From NCBI GenBank assembly GCA_030141605.1, contig JAQGDQ010000090.1:606750-670749 (forward strand): 64,000 bases of DNA, given 5' to 3'. The DNA comes from Tubiluchus corallicola (lineage: Eukaryota > Animalia > Priapulida). The notes beneath the pieces are model-generated. The model was not told where the DNA came from, ran no database searches, and saw nothing but the letters and a program-made list of their open reading frames with translations. Within the stretch, counting starts at the first letter, position 1, and the number at the start of each line of letters is the position of its first letter. Positions 22,149 to 36,515 of the stretch are shown here, in pieces. A program made the position numbers and the translations under genes.

Positions 22149-23749
22149 CAACATCTTTGTCTTATTACCATCTCTATAGTGATCCATATTAAACTTAGTC
22201 TAAATCTTTTCAATTTCCTTGTACCTAATTTGATGTAATCCATATTTTGGCAAGCGAAATGGCAGATTATTATACTATATAGTACAGCCCTGTAATCATT
22301 TTTTACTAAGCTCTTATAATTGGTTATAGATAATGTCACTTTAGCTGCAAAAAATTTCTTGTAGCTACGTCGCAACATTGGCCGGACAACAAAGTTGACT
22401 ACTAGGTTTGCTGTCTGCTATCTAAATATCGCTTGTGAGATATCGCTGGTCTCTAAATATCCTCTTGGGGTAGCAAATGTTATGTTCGCTCTTGAAAAAG
22501 CAAGTGGAAAAACGGCTCTTCTTTTACTAGACAAACACTTGAGAGGATGATATGGTTTCGTGTCCAAAGCCAAATTGTAATACCATCAATGTTATTCTAT
22601 GCAGGACATCTATCTTTATGCTACCGCTCCCGTTTTCTCTTTTCCACTCTTAGAATATCTAAACTGCTTTTTATTACAGCTAGCTGCTACGCGTGGATAG
22701 ATCTGGAGGCAACGAGAAGCAGTAAGATTTGCGTCGCGAAAAAGGTTAATTGTTAATATTGTTTAGTGCATACATTTTTCAGGCATACATCACTTGTTCC
22801 TGGGGAATTGACAAAGTTGGATATATTATGATGATATACGGAGTGACCAATGCAGTTTGGTCTTTGTGCACTGGACAACTTGTAAAATTAGTTGGAAGAG
22901 TACCATTAGTGCTCGTGGGAGCAGCTGCACATGTAGCGGTCTTAATTGCACTATTCTTTTGGAAACCCCATCCAGACGAAGCATCCATCTATTTTGTTCT
23001 AGTTGCTAGCTGGGCCATTGGTGATGCAACTTGGCAAATTCATTTGAATGGTAAGTCTTTATGATAAGTTCATATGCCTTAAAGTAAAAAAGTATATGAA
23101 AATATACTAGACTTAAGGAAGACAAAATCGCATACTTTCGTTATAGGGTGTGTGCTTTCATATTGTTTGTTGTTTTCATGAAGTTACACTTTTCCTCCTT
23201 TAGTTACATTATCAAAAAATCATCTTTATCAGACATTGCACCTGCTCAGCACTTTCGCATAAATATTACATGTACATATATAGCCTTAAGAATTTGAAAG
23301 TCTCGTATAACAAAGGTATACACACGTTTTTCGACTAGCCATATCATTGCCCTGCTAGCAGTATGTGTGTGAATCTAGACACACCATATTTTGACGTATT
23401 ATTACGTAATACTGCTTATTCCGTCAGAAGTAGAGCTTTAACTCCCAGGAATGTTCTTATGAGTGGTACTGGAAATTCTGACTGCCTGTACTACTCAAAA
23501 TTTCATAACATATAGTTAAACCTATTATTTGTAAATTTTATGTAAATAGTAGTTGTGTTATTGTAATGTTTGTTCTAATTGTAATATTATTCTAATTCTT
23601 ATATCTTATTGTATCGTGTTGTATACTAACTGTTATTGTATTATATTATATTTTATAGTCACTGTTGTTTTGTGTTATATTAGCAATGCTTGCAATTGCT
23701 AATATACTTCCCTTACTACTACTGCAGCTACTACTAACTACTACTACTG

Positions 23750-23808
<59 letters not shown>

Positions 23809-26042
23809 GCTACTACTACTACTACTACTACTACTACTAATGACTGTGTCAATGCCGCAGTTCTAATGAATTTCTGCTGCGATATGGCGCAGCCTCAAAT
23901 TTTGAGAGTCGCTTGTGCAGCTTGTAAAGTCATGCATTTATCTAACTATAAATAAGTTCCACGATCAACAGTTTTAAATTTTGTGATTTGCATTTTCAGC
24001 TCTTTACGGTGTTCTCTTTAAAACAACTGAAGAGGCAGCATTCTCAAACTACAGACTGTGGGAAAGTCTGGGATTTGTAGCAGCGTATGCCTGGGGAGAG
24101 TTCCTATGCGTGGATGTGAAAATGTGGATTACATTAAGTTTTTTAATCATAGGAATGTTGGGATATGCAGCTGCTGAATTAATGTGGAAGTAAGTCGCCT
24201 AATTAAAAAAAGAGCTATTCACATGGAAATGTGGTTACGTAAGTTCCATGTAACATTCTTTTCTTCAAGAATTTGTTTCGTGAGCAACCAGACAAGCCCG
24301 TGTTTTGTGGGCTAACTCACAGTCTTTGTGCATAGTTATTAATAATCACATGTAAGTCATATGTGGGATGATAGTCAGACAATCACATAAAATACATTTA
24401 CGCGTAAAAAGGCGCTAAAAGTTGGATGCTTGTTAACTAAAACAAAAAACGAAAATTAAATTTTTCTGCGCTTACTGTAATGAATTAAATCAAACATTTA
24501 TTGAGAAAACATAAAGTTGACCCCGAGTTAGATGTGATTGTCAGATCATTATCTTATTATGGCCTACACGAGTATGTATTTTATTATTTTTTATTATTTA
24601 TTTATTTCAGACATTTAAAGTCCATAATAAGAATAAAATAAGGCACAAGTGAAAAAAAAACGCACAGGGTTAGTTTGCTGAAACAAAGTGAGCTCATATA
24701 CTAGGAAGGCTTAGTTAGAATGTGTATATAAAATCCTTTGTCACAATATAAAAATGTTCGATCAAAAAATTGTATTGCTATTGTACAGCAAGTTATTAAT
24801 AACAGTATTCTGACTCGACAACAGGCTACTGAGATTAAACACAGCTTCCCTACGTAGGCAAGAAATACTAGGTACGTTGTAGCTAACATACGTTTGGCTT
24901 GCGCTACAGCGACTAGAAGGTTAAAGAGTCCTCTAATGGCATTATTAATTTATTATAAGTAATATGCAATGCGTTTTTTCAATATATCTTTTGTCATGAT
25001 TAAACTAGAGACTATTGCAAGAAAAGCAAGCTACAACGACTAGAAGGTTAAAGAGTCCTCTAATGGCATTATTAATTTATTATAAGTAATATGCGATGCG
25101 TTTTTTCAATATTTCTTTTGTCATGATTAAACTAGAGACTATTGCAAGAAAACTGTTTGCAAACTGTTACAGAACAGTCTTCTCTTAACATCTACATAGT
25201 AACTTCTTACTTAAGCTACTTACTAATGGAATTATTAAACTATCATCATTAAATTATATGAATGAGGGATGGACGCTCGGTAACTGTGCAACCACTCAAG
25301 CTTGGGGGCCCTCAAGCGTTGACAGCATTTAGTGAAAACCCCGTTTTTTCTCAAAGAAACTAATATGTGCTATTTGGCTTGCACTAAATAGCAAAATAGT
25401 AAAGGATATTTTTACTGATAAACAAAAGATAGCTATTCTGGTTTATTTAAAGAATTTGCAATAAGTTTACTTGAAGTTATGTAAATGTCGATAAAATATA
25501 AATATCACGAGTAAAAAATATTCAAGACGGGTGCGCGCGAGTTAAAAGGCGGTTCCGTCTGAAAGGGCCTCCATAATTTTGTTAACCTAGGAGCAGCAAA
25601 ATGTCGTAATCCGGCCTTGATAGTGAGAACTATCTTCTAACTCTGTGTTATCTTATGATTGGTGCATGAGACAAACGAAAGTAAATTCAAATTGCCATCT
25701 ATTTGGCACTCAGCGTCTTGTCAAATATTTTTCCTACGGCAGGAAGTTTTGTCAATGTCCAATTCGCTTTGTTGCAGACGAGAAGAAAAGATCCAATCTC
25801 GAGAAGCAAATTCTAAAATTCTTCAGCGCCGTAACACTCCATGGAACTTGGGCTTGAGACCACAGTTAGAAGATGACAGCGACGAAGACGGCAACGATGG
25901 CGACAGCGATGGTGTCATCATTAATAGTACCAAAATATTTGAACATAATCATAAAGAAGAAACTGACAAGGACCAAGAAAGCTCCCAATTTCCAAACACG
26001 TTTGTAAACGCTGGTTACAACGAAAATGAGACAAAGTTTTAA
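21083..26042 (+). CDS. UNC93A: UNC-93-like (UNC93A family) MFS membrane protein, ~571 aa
   Basis: Exons 21083-22075, 22783-23050, 24000-24189 and 25778-26042 (1716 nt). Motifs KNLLVVSFGFLLLFTAFQSLQNLQSSLN, PLWSAKCTYL, FQSSQIWGNLISS, CGAKFC, YSGLEQAFI and EAAFSNYRLWESLG. An unspliced form would stop at 24193. Confidence 0.93.
23715..23838. repeat. (TAC)n microsatellite
   Basis: Directly visible. Confidence 0.95.
24903..25152 (+). repeat. Near-perfect ~127-bp tandem duplication in UNC-93 intron
   Basis: GACTAGAAGGTTAAAGAGTCC...ACTATTGCAAGAAAA occurs twice head to tail with few mismatches. Confidence 0.9.
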
Positions 26043-27579
26043 AGTCACGAAAGTTTTAAACTACGAAATTTTATTATAATTATGTGAAAGTCAAAATACT
26101 AAGTGTCATTCAGATTTTAACATATTCTTATATATGCTAGTGGTGTCTACGTTAAAAGTACTAGGTTTGACAAGAAGACAGACGGATTGTTGCTGGCTAA
26201 TGGTTGAAATGTAAAAATGTTTAATTTCGGTTTGTATTTGTGGCTGGGAGTAAAAGAAATATTGGGATTTTCCAAAAGACCTGAAATATGTAATTAATAA
26301 GATTCTGTGAATTTTTTTTCTGAGCGGCAAAAGGTTCTTCAGACTCATTTCACATTTAATTTGGTTAGAGTCGTTATTAGATAAATCCTCCTTTACGAAA
26401 CTAGGAACAACATGCAGGTGGACCTTAGACCTAAAATCCAGTCAAATAGTCTTAGGCACTCATGTATGAGCATTAAGCAGTCGTGGTAGCTTAACATAAA
26501 ACCATAATTATTGTTGTTGGTCAAATTTATCAAGCAAATGACATTAAACATTTTTTGGAGTAATTTTGCTTCATCTTGACGAAGTTGATCTTCCACACGC
26601 GCTAATATTCTGTTTTCAAACCAACCCCCTCCCCCGTCGTTCTTTCATTTTACTAATTTTCATTAATTATCATCCAAATTCAGTACTTAATAAACAGTAG
26701 TAGGCAATAAATACGTATAATAGACGAAAATGCTTTTTTCGTTTCTTTCATGCATGTTACCTGTTTCAGTTAAGACTTTGGTGAGATGCTTGTAGAATAT
26801 CAACGAAAGCTCATTTTATTCCAGCATGCTCAGATACGCCGCGACAACGTGTTTGACTCTTTTGACAAAGTTGAGATTTTCACAGGACGTGCGCGCGGTC
26901 TATTATATAAGCTCGTTCTTCTTTTGTTGCTTAGTATCTATTTGTGTCTGTTTGCTTCTTGTTTTACTTAATTTTATTATTATTCTTTGCTTTACTGCAC
27001 TAATATTTGCTTTATACAGTAAAAAGCTAAGGAATATACGGATAACACCAACCTTATTATTTAATATTTAATATAAACAGACAAATGAGGCAAACGGTTT
27101 TTAAAGCAAAGCTTAGGTAGACTTATAAACACACTAATAGAAGAGATTATTATTATTATAACTCTTTTATTAACCTCTTTTTGCAGGTATACAAGGAGTC
27201 ATTTCAATCTAATACATCCAAAAGAAATACAATTATACATTATGACACAGGTAACAAAAGTGCAACTAGATCCAAAAACAAGTCACACAAAAAGACATTA
27301 TGAATAATTGTAGACAATGATAAGAACAAGTTGACACACAATACTCAGATGTTGTTTGTACATATAATACAAGAAAAATAATTACACAAAATACAACATT
27401 CACGTCCAAGCTATTTAAATAATCACAACTAGAACTAGTACCAACTATGGTTCAGAAAATTTGCCCATATTTATGTTAAGCTTACTCTGCATCGTTATAA
27501 TTATAACAAAATATATAAAATCATTTATCTTACTGTTTTTACACACTGTATATGCTCAGCTAACCCGAAGTAATAAAAA

Positions 27580-28815
27580 CTACATTAAATTTTTGTTTAT
27601 AATATTTTTCACCACTTGTGTAAATTTATCACAAACTAATGTATTTCTTTTAAAATAAATCTCTCTTAATTCCCGGTTAGGCAGAACATCGATAAGATTT
27701 TTTCTGGCTTCTTGGTCAGCTAAACTACAATTAAAGCGTAGATGGTCAGAAGTTTTGTTTCTCATATTAAACCCTTTGCATATTTTTAAGAAAGTTTTGC
27801 CGTAGCCAAATGAATTTTTACAGGGTGATTATTTATTCGACGATTTAAAGGCAATGCTTCACAAATAAGCATTTCTTGCTTAAGTAAGTCCTCATCCGTA
27901 CAGCTCAACGCTTTTAATACAAGTTTACTGACTATGCAAGAGAAAACTATGTCTAGGCATTACACAAATACATTCAATATCAGGTTTCCTGGGATTGTAC
28001 CCCACCCCCGCAGCAGCTTTCTTTACATCATACCATAAATCATAAAAATCACCTAGTTTTCTGTTCATCGAGCTCGACGCATCATAAGATATACTTGGCA
28101 TCACAACAGTTTGGAATAATCTAATAATGGTTGTCATTCTTAAACCTTTATTTTTATAAATTACGCTCTTGAGTATTTTATATCCCATATAGCCCATATG
28201 GGATATATAGGCCATATGGGATTCTATAGCCCATTTCTTCCAAGCACTTTGCCTGGCTCTAGAAGTATAGCTATTAAAATTCATATTTTTATCGACATTA
28301 ATTCCAAGCACTTTCGTGTTGTTAATATAATTTATCTCTTTGTTATCAAAACGTAATTTTAACAAAGCTGGAATTTTGATCATTTTTAAAAACAATAGCT
28401 TCTGTTTTGTTTAAATTACAGTTCAACATCTGCCTCCATTTAGAACACCAGGCATGGAGTTTATCATATGACAATTGAGCCAATCCACAGCATTCGTTTC
28501 TTGTGTTTGCGTACACATAAATTGTGCCGTCATTAGCAAATTTAAGCTTCAAAACATTTCTGTTTGAGTCAATTTCACTAAACATATCTGACACATACAG
28601 AATAAACAATAGTGGTGACAGGACAGATCCCTGCGGTACACTTACGTGACACAACAATTCTTCTGACAAATAATTTTATATTCGTATTTTAATATGCCTG
28701 TTTTTCAAAAATGAGCTAATCAGTTTCAAAAGCCTGCCTGCTACACCTGCTTGGGTCAACTTAAATTTTTAAACATTCACCCAAATGTTGACGAAGGCCT
28801 TTGTGAAGTCACGGC
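27580..28815 (-). mobile_element. Degenerate non-LTR retrotransposon (LINE) reverse transcriptase fragment
   Basis: DFTKAF..W....KL..AGV.G.LL.LISSFLKNR, VPQGSVLSPLLFILYVSD, KFAND (YADD-like), WCSKW, N.NKT and KVLGINVDKNMNF, with frameshifts and stops. Confidence 0.9.
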
Positions 28816-28830
28816 AATTCCGGCACAGAT

Positions 28831-28832
<2 letters not shown>

Positions 28833-28914
<82 letters not shown>
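28833..28914. repeat. (GA)n microsatellite
   Basis: Directly visible. Confidence 0.95.
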
Positions 28915-28917
<3 letters not shown>

Positions 28918-30629
28918 TTTAGCCACATGGTGTATAAATTAAAATGGTCTGTTTAACATACTAGTATGATTATAGCATTATTCTTTATTAGAGTAATGAG
29001 TCTGCTCCACTGAAAATGAATTGAGAAGTTAATAATTAATGTAAAAAATTATTACAGGATGAGTTTGTCGTTAATCTCTGACTGGCCACTTCACATTTGG
29101 TTAGCACTTTTAGCAGGTCGACGACTTACATGTAGACTGAGGTCCGATATGAAAGCTATTCTGATGCACAGTTGTGACTTGGAAAATAGCAATGCTCAAT
29201 TTTTAATCATAGCCATACTGCAGGATACAATTACATTAAAATCTAAACAAGTCAATTATATAACTAAAAAGCGTGACCATGGCAGTTTTGGTTTGTTACA
29301 GTACATGCTTTTCAAATTACACAAGGGCCATAAAAAACTACAGAGAGAAAACTTACCTCAAAAATGCAAGTTTCACCCCATTGCAGCTGGCAGACTATGA
29401 TAAATTGCACATTAAACATAAAAAGACTTGAATAAGTTGTGGGAAATTTTAAAATTTCAGTTTTGAAACTGGATTCGCAAAATATTAATATTATTAAGAA
29501 AAAAATTGGGTTGTGGACAGTTGTGTATATAACTAGTGTAGCGTGGTTTGTGGTTTTCGGGTCCGAAAGTAGCGCACTGTGGTCTCACGCACAACTGGTT
29601 CACTGCATCGGCTGATCGGGAATTGACGCACGGTACTGAATCAATTTTTTTGTTGCGGCATGGCGTGTGGGCGCCACCTCTAACTATCCACGTGATTCTA
29701 GGCGACATTCGTTTTTCAAGGTTTTCAGGTAATATAAATTGAGTTGTCTTTCTCGATTAATATTGTAATGGATATAAACTTCATGATAAACTTGTTTAAC
29801 ACTTTCAATGTTAACATTATTTTGACGTTAAAGCCTAGAATTTCGAGTATTGAAACCTTTTGAGAAGGCAGGTTTGGTTGGTACTACTACTAGTACTAGA
29901 ACTAGGTTTCTAGTTGTTAAAGTACGTATAATTACGTAAAAGAGTTCAGTTTTTCACATGAAGTAGCAATGAATACGCAGAACTACATGGAAGGCTTTTG
30001 CTTGTTCGATATCCCCGTGTACTACCTCGCTATGTACGGTTGCACCGTGTTCCACCTCGTTATGGCTTGCTAATGCTATGTACTGGACTGTGGTACAGTG
30101 ACACCCACAGCACGTTGAGGACAAAAAACGACAATTTTTCATGTTGTTGAACTCCACTTTAAATGGAAAATAATCTGCATATACCATTCCATTTTACACA
30201 AAAACTAAGTCAACTATACCAGCTCCTCAGTATTTTCATTTAAAACATTTAAGCACCTCTGTTTCTATTAATTTGATATATAAACTATAATGTAAAGACT
30301 TATCAAATGTTTTACTGGCATTGCATCTAAAAAGCACAATACACATTGTTACCTTTAGTTCTAGAATAACGCACATTTTCATGTTTTGTGAGTGTAGCAT
30401 GAGAACAACTTGAATCTCATAACCTACCTAATAATAATTTTATTAGGATAGGAGGGTGTGATCATCATATCATAGCGACATAATAGTCGACTCATAAGTA
30501 TTATTCCAACACAATAATAATAATAACAATAATGTTAATGTTAAAATTTTACAGTTTACTATGTTCCAATGTATTAGCCGAATGCCAAAATTTGAAACAA
30601 TTATATGCATAACCAGCAAAATTTATCTT

Positions 30630-31160
30630 CTGACAACAAAAGACCAGAAAACAGTTTCATGCTGGAGTAAAAGTTATCAACTGTAATGTGATAACCACAC
30701 CCTATGTAATCAGACATCAAGGTCATCACTACATCCATAACCTAGCCCATATTCGCCAAATTGTTTCTAATTGTTTCCGAGATTGGCGGCCAACATACAG
30801 ATAAAAATCAACAGTATATCCAGTATAATTGCAAATAAGAACCCACAACTTCACACCACAGCTTACTGGCTTATCTCTCATGTCCTAATGCCACGCCGGT
30901 GTTTACTTTTTACCATCTTTTCACCGACTGCCAGATTTTGAAATGGCTTATATACAAAGTCAACGAAAGGGTTCCATGAAGTCTATGGTTTTCCATAATT
31001 TTTCCTGTCTGTCTTCTTGGGCAAAAGATACAATGTGCAGGAACCGCATTAATGCTTTATAGCGATTCTTGCTCATGATAGCCCTCGCCCACAGAAGATG
31101 GTACAAAGTTTTGGTACTCCAAACCTTTGACATGGTTGGGACCCGAACAAACCCTAAATG
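30630..31160 (-). mobile_element. piggyBac (PGBD4-like) transposase fossil
   Basis: Not in the ORF track. Translated pieces: WSTKTLYH.LWARAIMSKNRYKALMRFLH, YKPFQNLAVGEKMVKSKHRRGIR, DKPVSCGVKLWVL....GYTVDFYLYVG, YGLGY/DVVMTLM..Y.G.GYHITVDNFYSS. Frameshifted. Weak C-terminal Cys-rich remnants may lie at ~29950-30180. Confidence 0.85.
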
Positions 31161-32499
31161 CCACTATACTTGACACTATAGATAACGGAATTGAAACTTA
31201 ATTGCCAAAAAACAGTTCACATTCTTAAATGATGGCTTCTCAAATAGCAGCCACAATAAAAAGAGCTTGCAGTATTTTGTGTCAATAATTCACAAGTCCT
31301 TGTGTAACACAAAACAATAAATTATTCTTGGTGTAATTTATGCATCATTTTAAATAATGAAGGTTAAAAGTGATCAAACAAAAAACTTCATGTGCACACT
31401 GCATATAAATTTGGTAGACACTTACGAAAGACGAAGATGTGTAACTTTGCTTCCTTTTTTCGTAATATCTACCTCAGCTGGTTCTCTTTGTAAACTTTCA
31501 CTCATAATGAACATCATTGATGAGGTGTTTGTTGCAAAAAAGTTCTTGATCATCGTCTGTCTGAATGATAATTGGATCCCTAAAAGAAATGCTAAGTTTC
31601 ATTAATTATGGCAAAGACATAATTGAACATAGTTATGGTTTTAGCTATGTGTCAAGGAGAACAAGTCACTTATTGTAAATGAGGAGAAATTCCTTATTAT
31701 TTGATTTCTAGCTTCAGTTTTTATAAACCGTCTTTGAAATACGAGTGCAATATTTGTCCCAAAAATATCATTTTTGCTTAATTAACTATTGGTTTATATT
31801 ATTTGGACTGATTACAGAATTGCAGGGTAACATAACTTTTTTGTATATACGTGTTTTGTATATAATAATTGTTGTGGTTATGTCACGTGCTTTAATCCTC
31901 TCAGTGATCCTGCGATTCTTTTTAAAATAGCAAAATTATAAAGTGAATGTCTTTCTTTTTTACAGAAGGAAATTTACACGTTATGATTAGTGTCTGGCAG
32001 GTGGCAGCAGCAGCTATCCATTGGTATGCATGTAGTTTGAGAAACTTGTGTCACATTTTACACAAAAGAACTTGATTGAAAATGAGCAGCTATAGCTGGT
32101 AAGACAAGCCCTATGTTGAGGAGAGCATGTGACATCCTCAAAGTGAAGAGAAATTCCTGACTTTCAAATTTTTTCAATCTCATGTCCTAAGACTTTTGTT
32201 TTGCCATACATAAATTATTTCTCATTATATTTTATTAAGTTAGCTTGTTTTTCTCAATGCCTAGTTATATTATATTCATTTCCACATTACTATTTTCCAT
32301 CAGTTTTATTTATAGATAGTATATAATTTGTTTTGTTCTTGTTTTTTAATTTGCTAGGTTTTGTATGTTGTTTTACATGCTTTTACTTATGTTTTTTTAA
32401 TAGAATGCATTAAGCTTAAATTTAAGTTTTTACACATTAATTAATGCTTAATTGTTGCTAGTGTTTCTGTTACCTGTAATTAGTAGGGTGACTGTTTCA

Positions 32500-33040
32500 G
32501 TATGTCTACTTTCCACATTTTCATAATTTTTTCGTTTATTTTGTTTGAGAAACTGAGAACTAGTGAAACAACAAAAAGGAGATTTTATAGACAACCAAAA
32601 TCTGAATGTAAAGATAGTATCAGTTGTGTGTTAGCTAATGATTTAAGAGGATTCCAGAGGTGCAACGTATTGAAATGACAAAATTAATAACGAGTGTGCA
32701 TTAAGAGAGAGGAAACAGAAAGGCGGGAGTAGTTAACAAAAGAAAAAACGTGTTTAATATGAAATATAGAAACAGTAGAAAATGTACGGCATTTTCGTTA
32801 AAAAACAAAAGGAAAAAATAACAGTAAATAGGATTGGTGGACTTGTGCAATTTGTTAAATGGAGTCAAACAAGAAATTGGGTTAGATTTAGCAAGGCTGA
32901 TAAGAGACTGATATCAAAGTAACTAATGCCGGCCGAAGTGTTGGTACATTTGACATACAAGAATTTTGTAAATATTGTGTATATTGTGTTTGTTGTTGTG
33001 AATGTAAAATTTATTACTTGTCAATAATACAATACAATAC
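32500..33040 (+). mobile_element. Probable LINE 3' remnant
   Basis: Decayed ETVENVRHF (zinc-knuckle-like region), ending in AATAA(TACAA)n. Confidence 0.35.
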
Positions 33041-35359
33041 GATGTACTTGATATTTATATGTCTATGTAGAAGATAAATAAACATGATCTAATATAAGTA
33101 CTATAGCTTCAACCGCCAGATTGAGTTCAATAAATTTAAAATAATTATCTGAATGATCATGTACATCAATTTTTGCATAATGATGTGTAAAATTATGTGA
33201 TACTATGTGATATAACTCGGCACTCATTTTGCTCCGTTGAATTTACATATTCATTCGGATGTTCAGTGCATTTTTTCTACTTAATTGTTTCGTACAAATG
33301 GCCAGTTGAATGATTTTTGTTTCCTGCAAACTGATGTACTTTCATTTTCATATTTCGTTCGTTTGACATTTTTATACTTTTCTTTTTTGTCGTTAATTTG
33401 TCTTTGATGTATTTGATTAGTAGCCTACTCTTTAAATTTTAACGATTACTACTTTTTAAGTCAGCCCTTGAAATTTTTGTGTGCTTCATCTTCATCTTTT
33501 GCATAAGACTTGCGTACTTTGCTACAACTTGTTTACAGAAACTTATATTATTGATCTCTCAGTTCTAGTTGTATCATTAATTTGATATTAATCTTATTAC
33601 ATGTATTAGCATTTTGCATGCTTAGTTTTTCATTGTGCAAGATATTTTGTTAAATTTTAATATTTTGGATTTTCCACTAGTTTATGATACTTTTATGGGC
33701 TTTCATTGTAGTCTACAAATACTTCATTAAAGAGATAACACTAATGTACATGAGTTTGCATACCTTGTTTTTGACTGTGATGTTGATGTTTTTGGACACT
33801 CCATTGTAAATCAGTCATTAAATTATACTACACCTTCATTTTCGTTGTTAGCACTTGTTGTAAATAAACCATTTTCATTTTTTGTGAATAAACGAATTGG
33901 TATTATTCTTTGAATTTTGACATTATCCTAAGTAGCCTGTAGCCACCGGCTTGATAGTCATTGAAATATGCACGCAAGATTTTCCAGAAAGAAACGTCAA
34001 GATGAGAAAAACAATTAGGTCTCCAAGATGAATGAAAAAGTGTTTGGTGATTTTTTTTGGGAATTACTAGTTTTACATTGTGACGTTCGGTTGGTTTTTT
34101 CACCAATTTTTGGCCCGGCTTTGTAATTGATGCGGTCAGTTTCATAGTTTATTTTTGTCGCTAACAGATGGCAGAATATACCTGCACAGCTCGGATTCCA
34201 GAAAGTCAAAATATTGTAGCGATATTTAAACAAAAAAGTGTTGTATGGCAGCAGTTTTGCCTAAATTAACACGAGCTTTTTAATTATGGATAATTAACGT
34301 TGTAATTATTAGTTTTTTTCTGATGATAACCCAAATTTTAAAACATGTTGCCGGTAAAGATTTAGCGACGGTGTCACTAATGTATTCATATACGGTATGG
34401 TACTACGGTTGGTGCAAGATGCCTTGTCATTGGAGAAGACATCTCCAAATTTAACAGTTAATAAACTCTTATACTTTTAAATGAAATTTAGTTACTTAAA
34501 TCTCAGCCTAGGAATCAATTGTATTGTACATTTTACATTATTTCTTTTTAAAGTTGTGTAACATTTTCTTGTAGTCTTACGAGTGTATCTGTCACGACCC
34601 CTGCCAATAATCCTAATTTGTATCTATTTATGTATACTTACAATGGAGACCCCGGACCTGGGTTTTCTTACGTTTATAGGTTGTATTTGAAGAATAAAGA
34701 TAATTTATATATTTACGTGAAGTGTCACTCACCATACGTTAAACATTATAGGCTAGAATTCAAGTGCTGGACTATAAAACTGATGTAGACAGTCGGCTGT
34801 TTAATTATGACTTAGCTTCATTTTCAAAACATGATACTGTGCGACTTTTAAGGCTTTAAAACATAAGTATTGAGTAGAAAAGTGCTTGCTGCCTTCTGCA
34901 GAAGATGGCGCTACGAAGTCATTTTATTGTGAAAGCGCATTGAGGGTGAGAAAGCGAACAGTTACCGTATAGCGTTCTACTTAAAAACTTAATGATAATT
35001 TTTGTGAAACAATAGCTAGTCTCCAGCCATAGGTAATATCTAGTAAGTCTAACTGATAATCCCTTAATTCTTTTTTGTTCTAATCGCAAACGAACAATAT
35101 ATGGCCTTCCGAAAAATTCCATAATACTATGATAATCTTTAACAATTAAATACCCAAAATATTTCACATGATGGTCACAGACAAATTACAAAATGTACAT
35201 TTAACAGTATTTTAGTTTGTAGTAACATTAGGCTTAATCAATTACTAACAATATGAAATTAAGATTTTACTATTGAATTTGTTTCGTTTTGTAGCTGCCT
35301 CCTCATGCTCACAGTTTTTCAAACAAGGAAGCCTTCACAGTCATGCATATTTTGCATAC

Positions 35360-35556
35360 CTGTACGTCACGATAGGATAGGCGGTGCGAGTTTTACGCGC
35401 GCGCATGTGTTCGTGCCACGCCGAGTACGCAACGTCCTGTACCCGCCAGTTGCCCTGATGCTTTGTGTTTTATTATCGTTAACTATTATTAGGCTCTGAT
35501 TTTATTACTGCAAAACAAAGGAAACGGGATATTAAACATTTGGCTACATACAGATT
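35360..35556 (+). promoter_or_regulatory. CpG-rich probable promoter/first non-coding exon of the NDUFA4-like gene
   Basis: Local GC/CpG enrichment with an NRF1-like GCGCGCATG, ending in a GTAAGT donor at 35557. The next acceptor is at 36472-36473, just before the ATG exon. Confidence 0.45.
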
Positions 35557-36515
35557 GTAAGTATTACATTATTGTACAGATTACTAAAAGCAGAATTGTT
35601 CACTAGTGGCACTAAAGGCAAGGGGCAGTACGTTTAGAAAGTCATCGGTATGGATTATTTTCATATAAATTTAAATTTATTATAGTATAATGTTCGTCTT
35701 TGCAACGAATTCACTTGGTTCACGCCAGCATGATGTGGCGTAGTAAACTGCCTATTGAATGTAGCAAAAGCGTGCTGACTGCTGCATTCATGTTATTCCG
35801 GTTTAATACTTCAGTGATCATGGTGATAATAACGAAAACGAAATGCCTTGCTGATTAAAATATAGGTGAAGCTCTGAGAACCCCCTCTTTGTCCTGGAAA
35901 GCTGAACTAACTGAAGTATTTGGGATTGAATTATAACAGGATCGTGATCAAACTACTCTGTAAAATAGTGACTGTATACCGAGTCTACTGTTATCGTCTA
36001 CTGACTATACTCTGCGGTTATTTTTTCTGAAAGGTTTGTTTTAAAAAGGTTTTATTTTTATAAACTGTAAGCAATAAACTTGTATGACAGTGCTACCTAC
36101 ATGAGAGTGCAGAACAACAAAGCTTAGTAGAGCAATGGTTGTGAAAGTTCACTGTCGCTGCGAACAAAGCAGAATTGTATTCGTCATGGCAGTGAAAAAT
36201 GAATCGGAACTCACATACTAACTAAATCTACAGTGTTTTAGGCGCATTTAACAAGGCTAGCTAGAATGATGGATACTGGATTTATACTATACAGTCCCAC
36301 ATGTGAGAATACCTACTGAGGAGCCATATGCTTAGCAGCTATCAGTCATGGCAATCAATATTATCCTTATCAAAAATTTATAAAGCTGTTGCAGTCTGTC
36401 TGAAACGCGTTCCTACAAAGCAGATGACGCTTGTTTCAAATTTTCTCTAAGAATTACTTTCTTGTTCTTTCAGGAAAACCCAGAAAAATTTTTCCTTAAA
36501 ATTTAAGCAGCAAAT

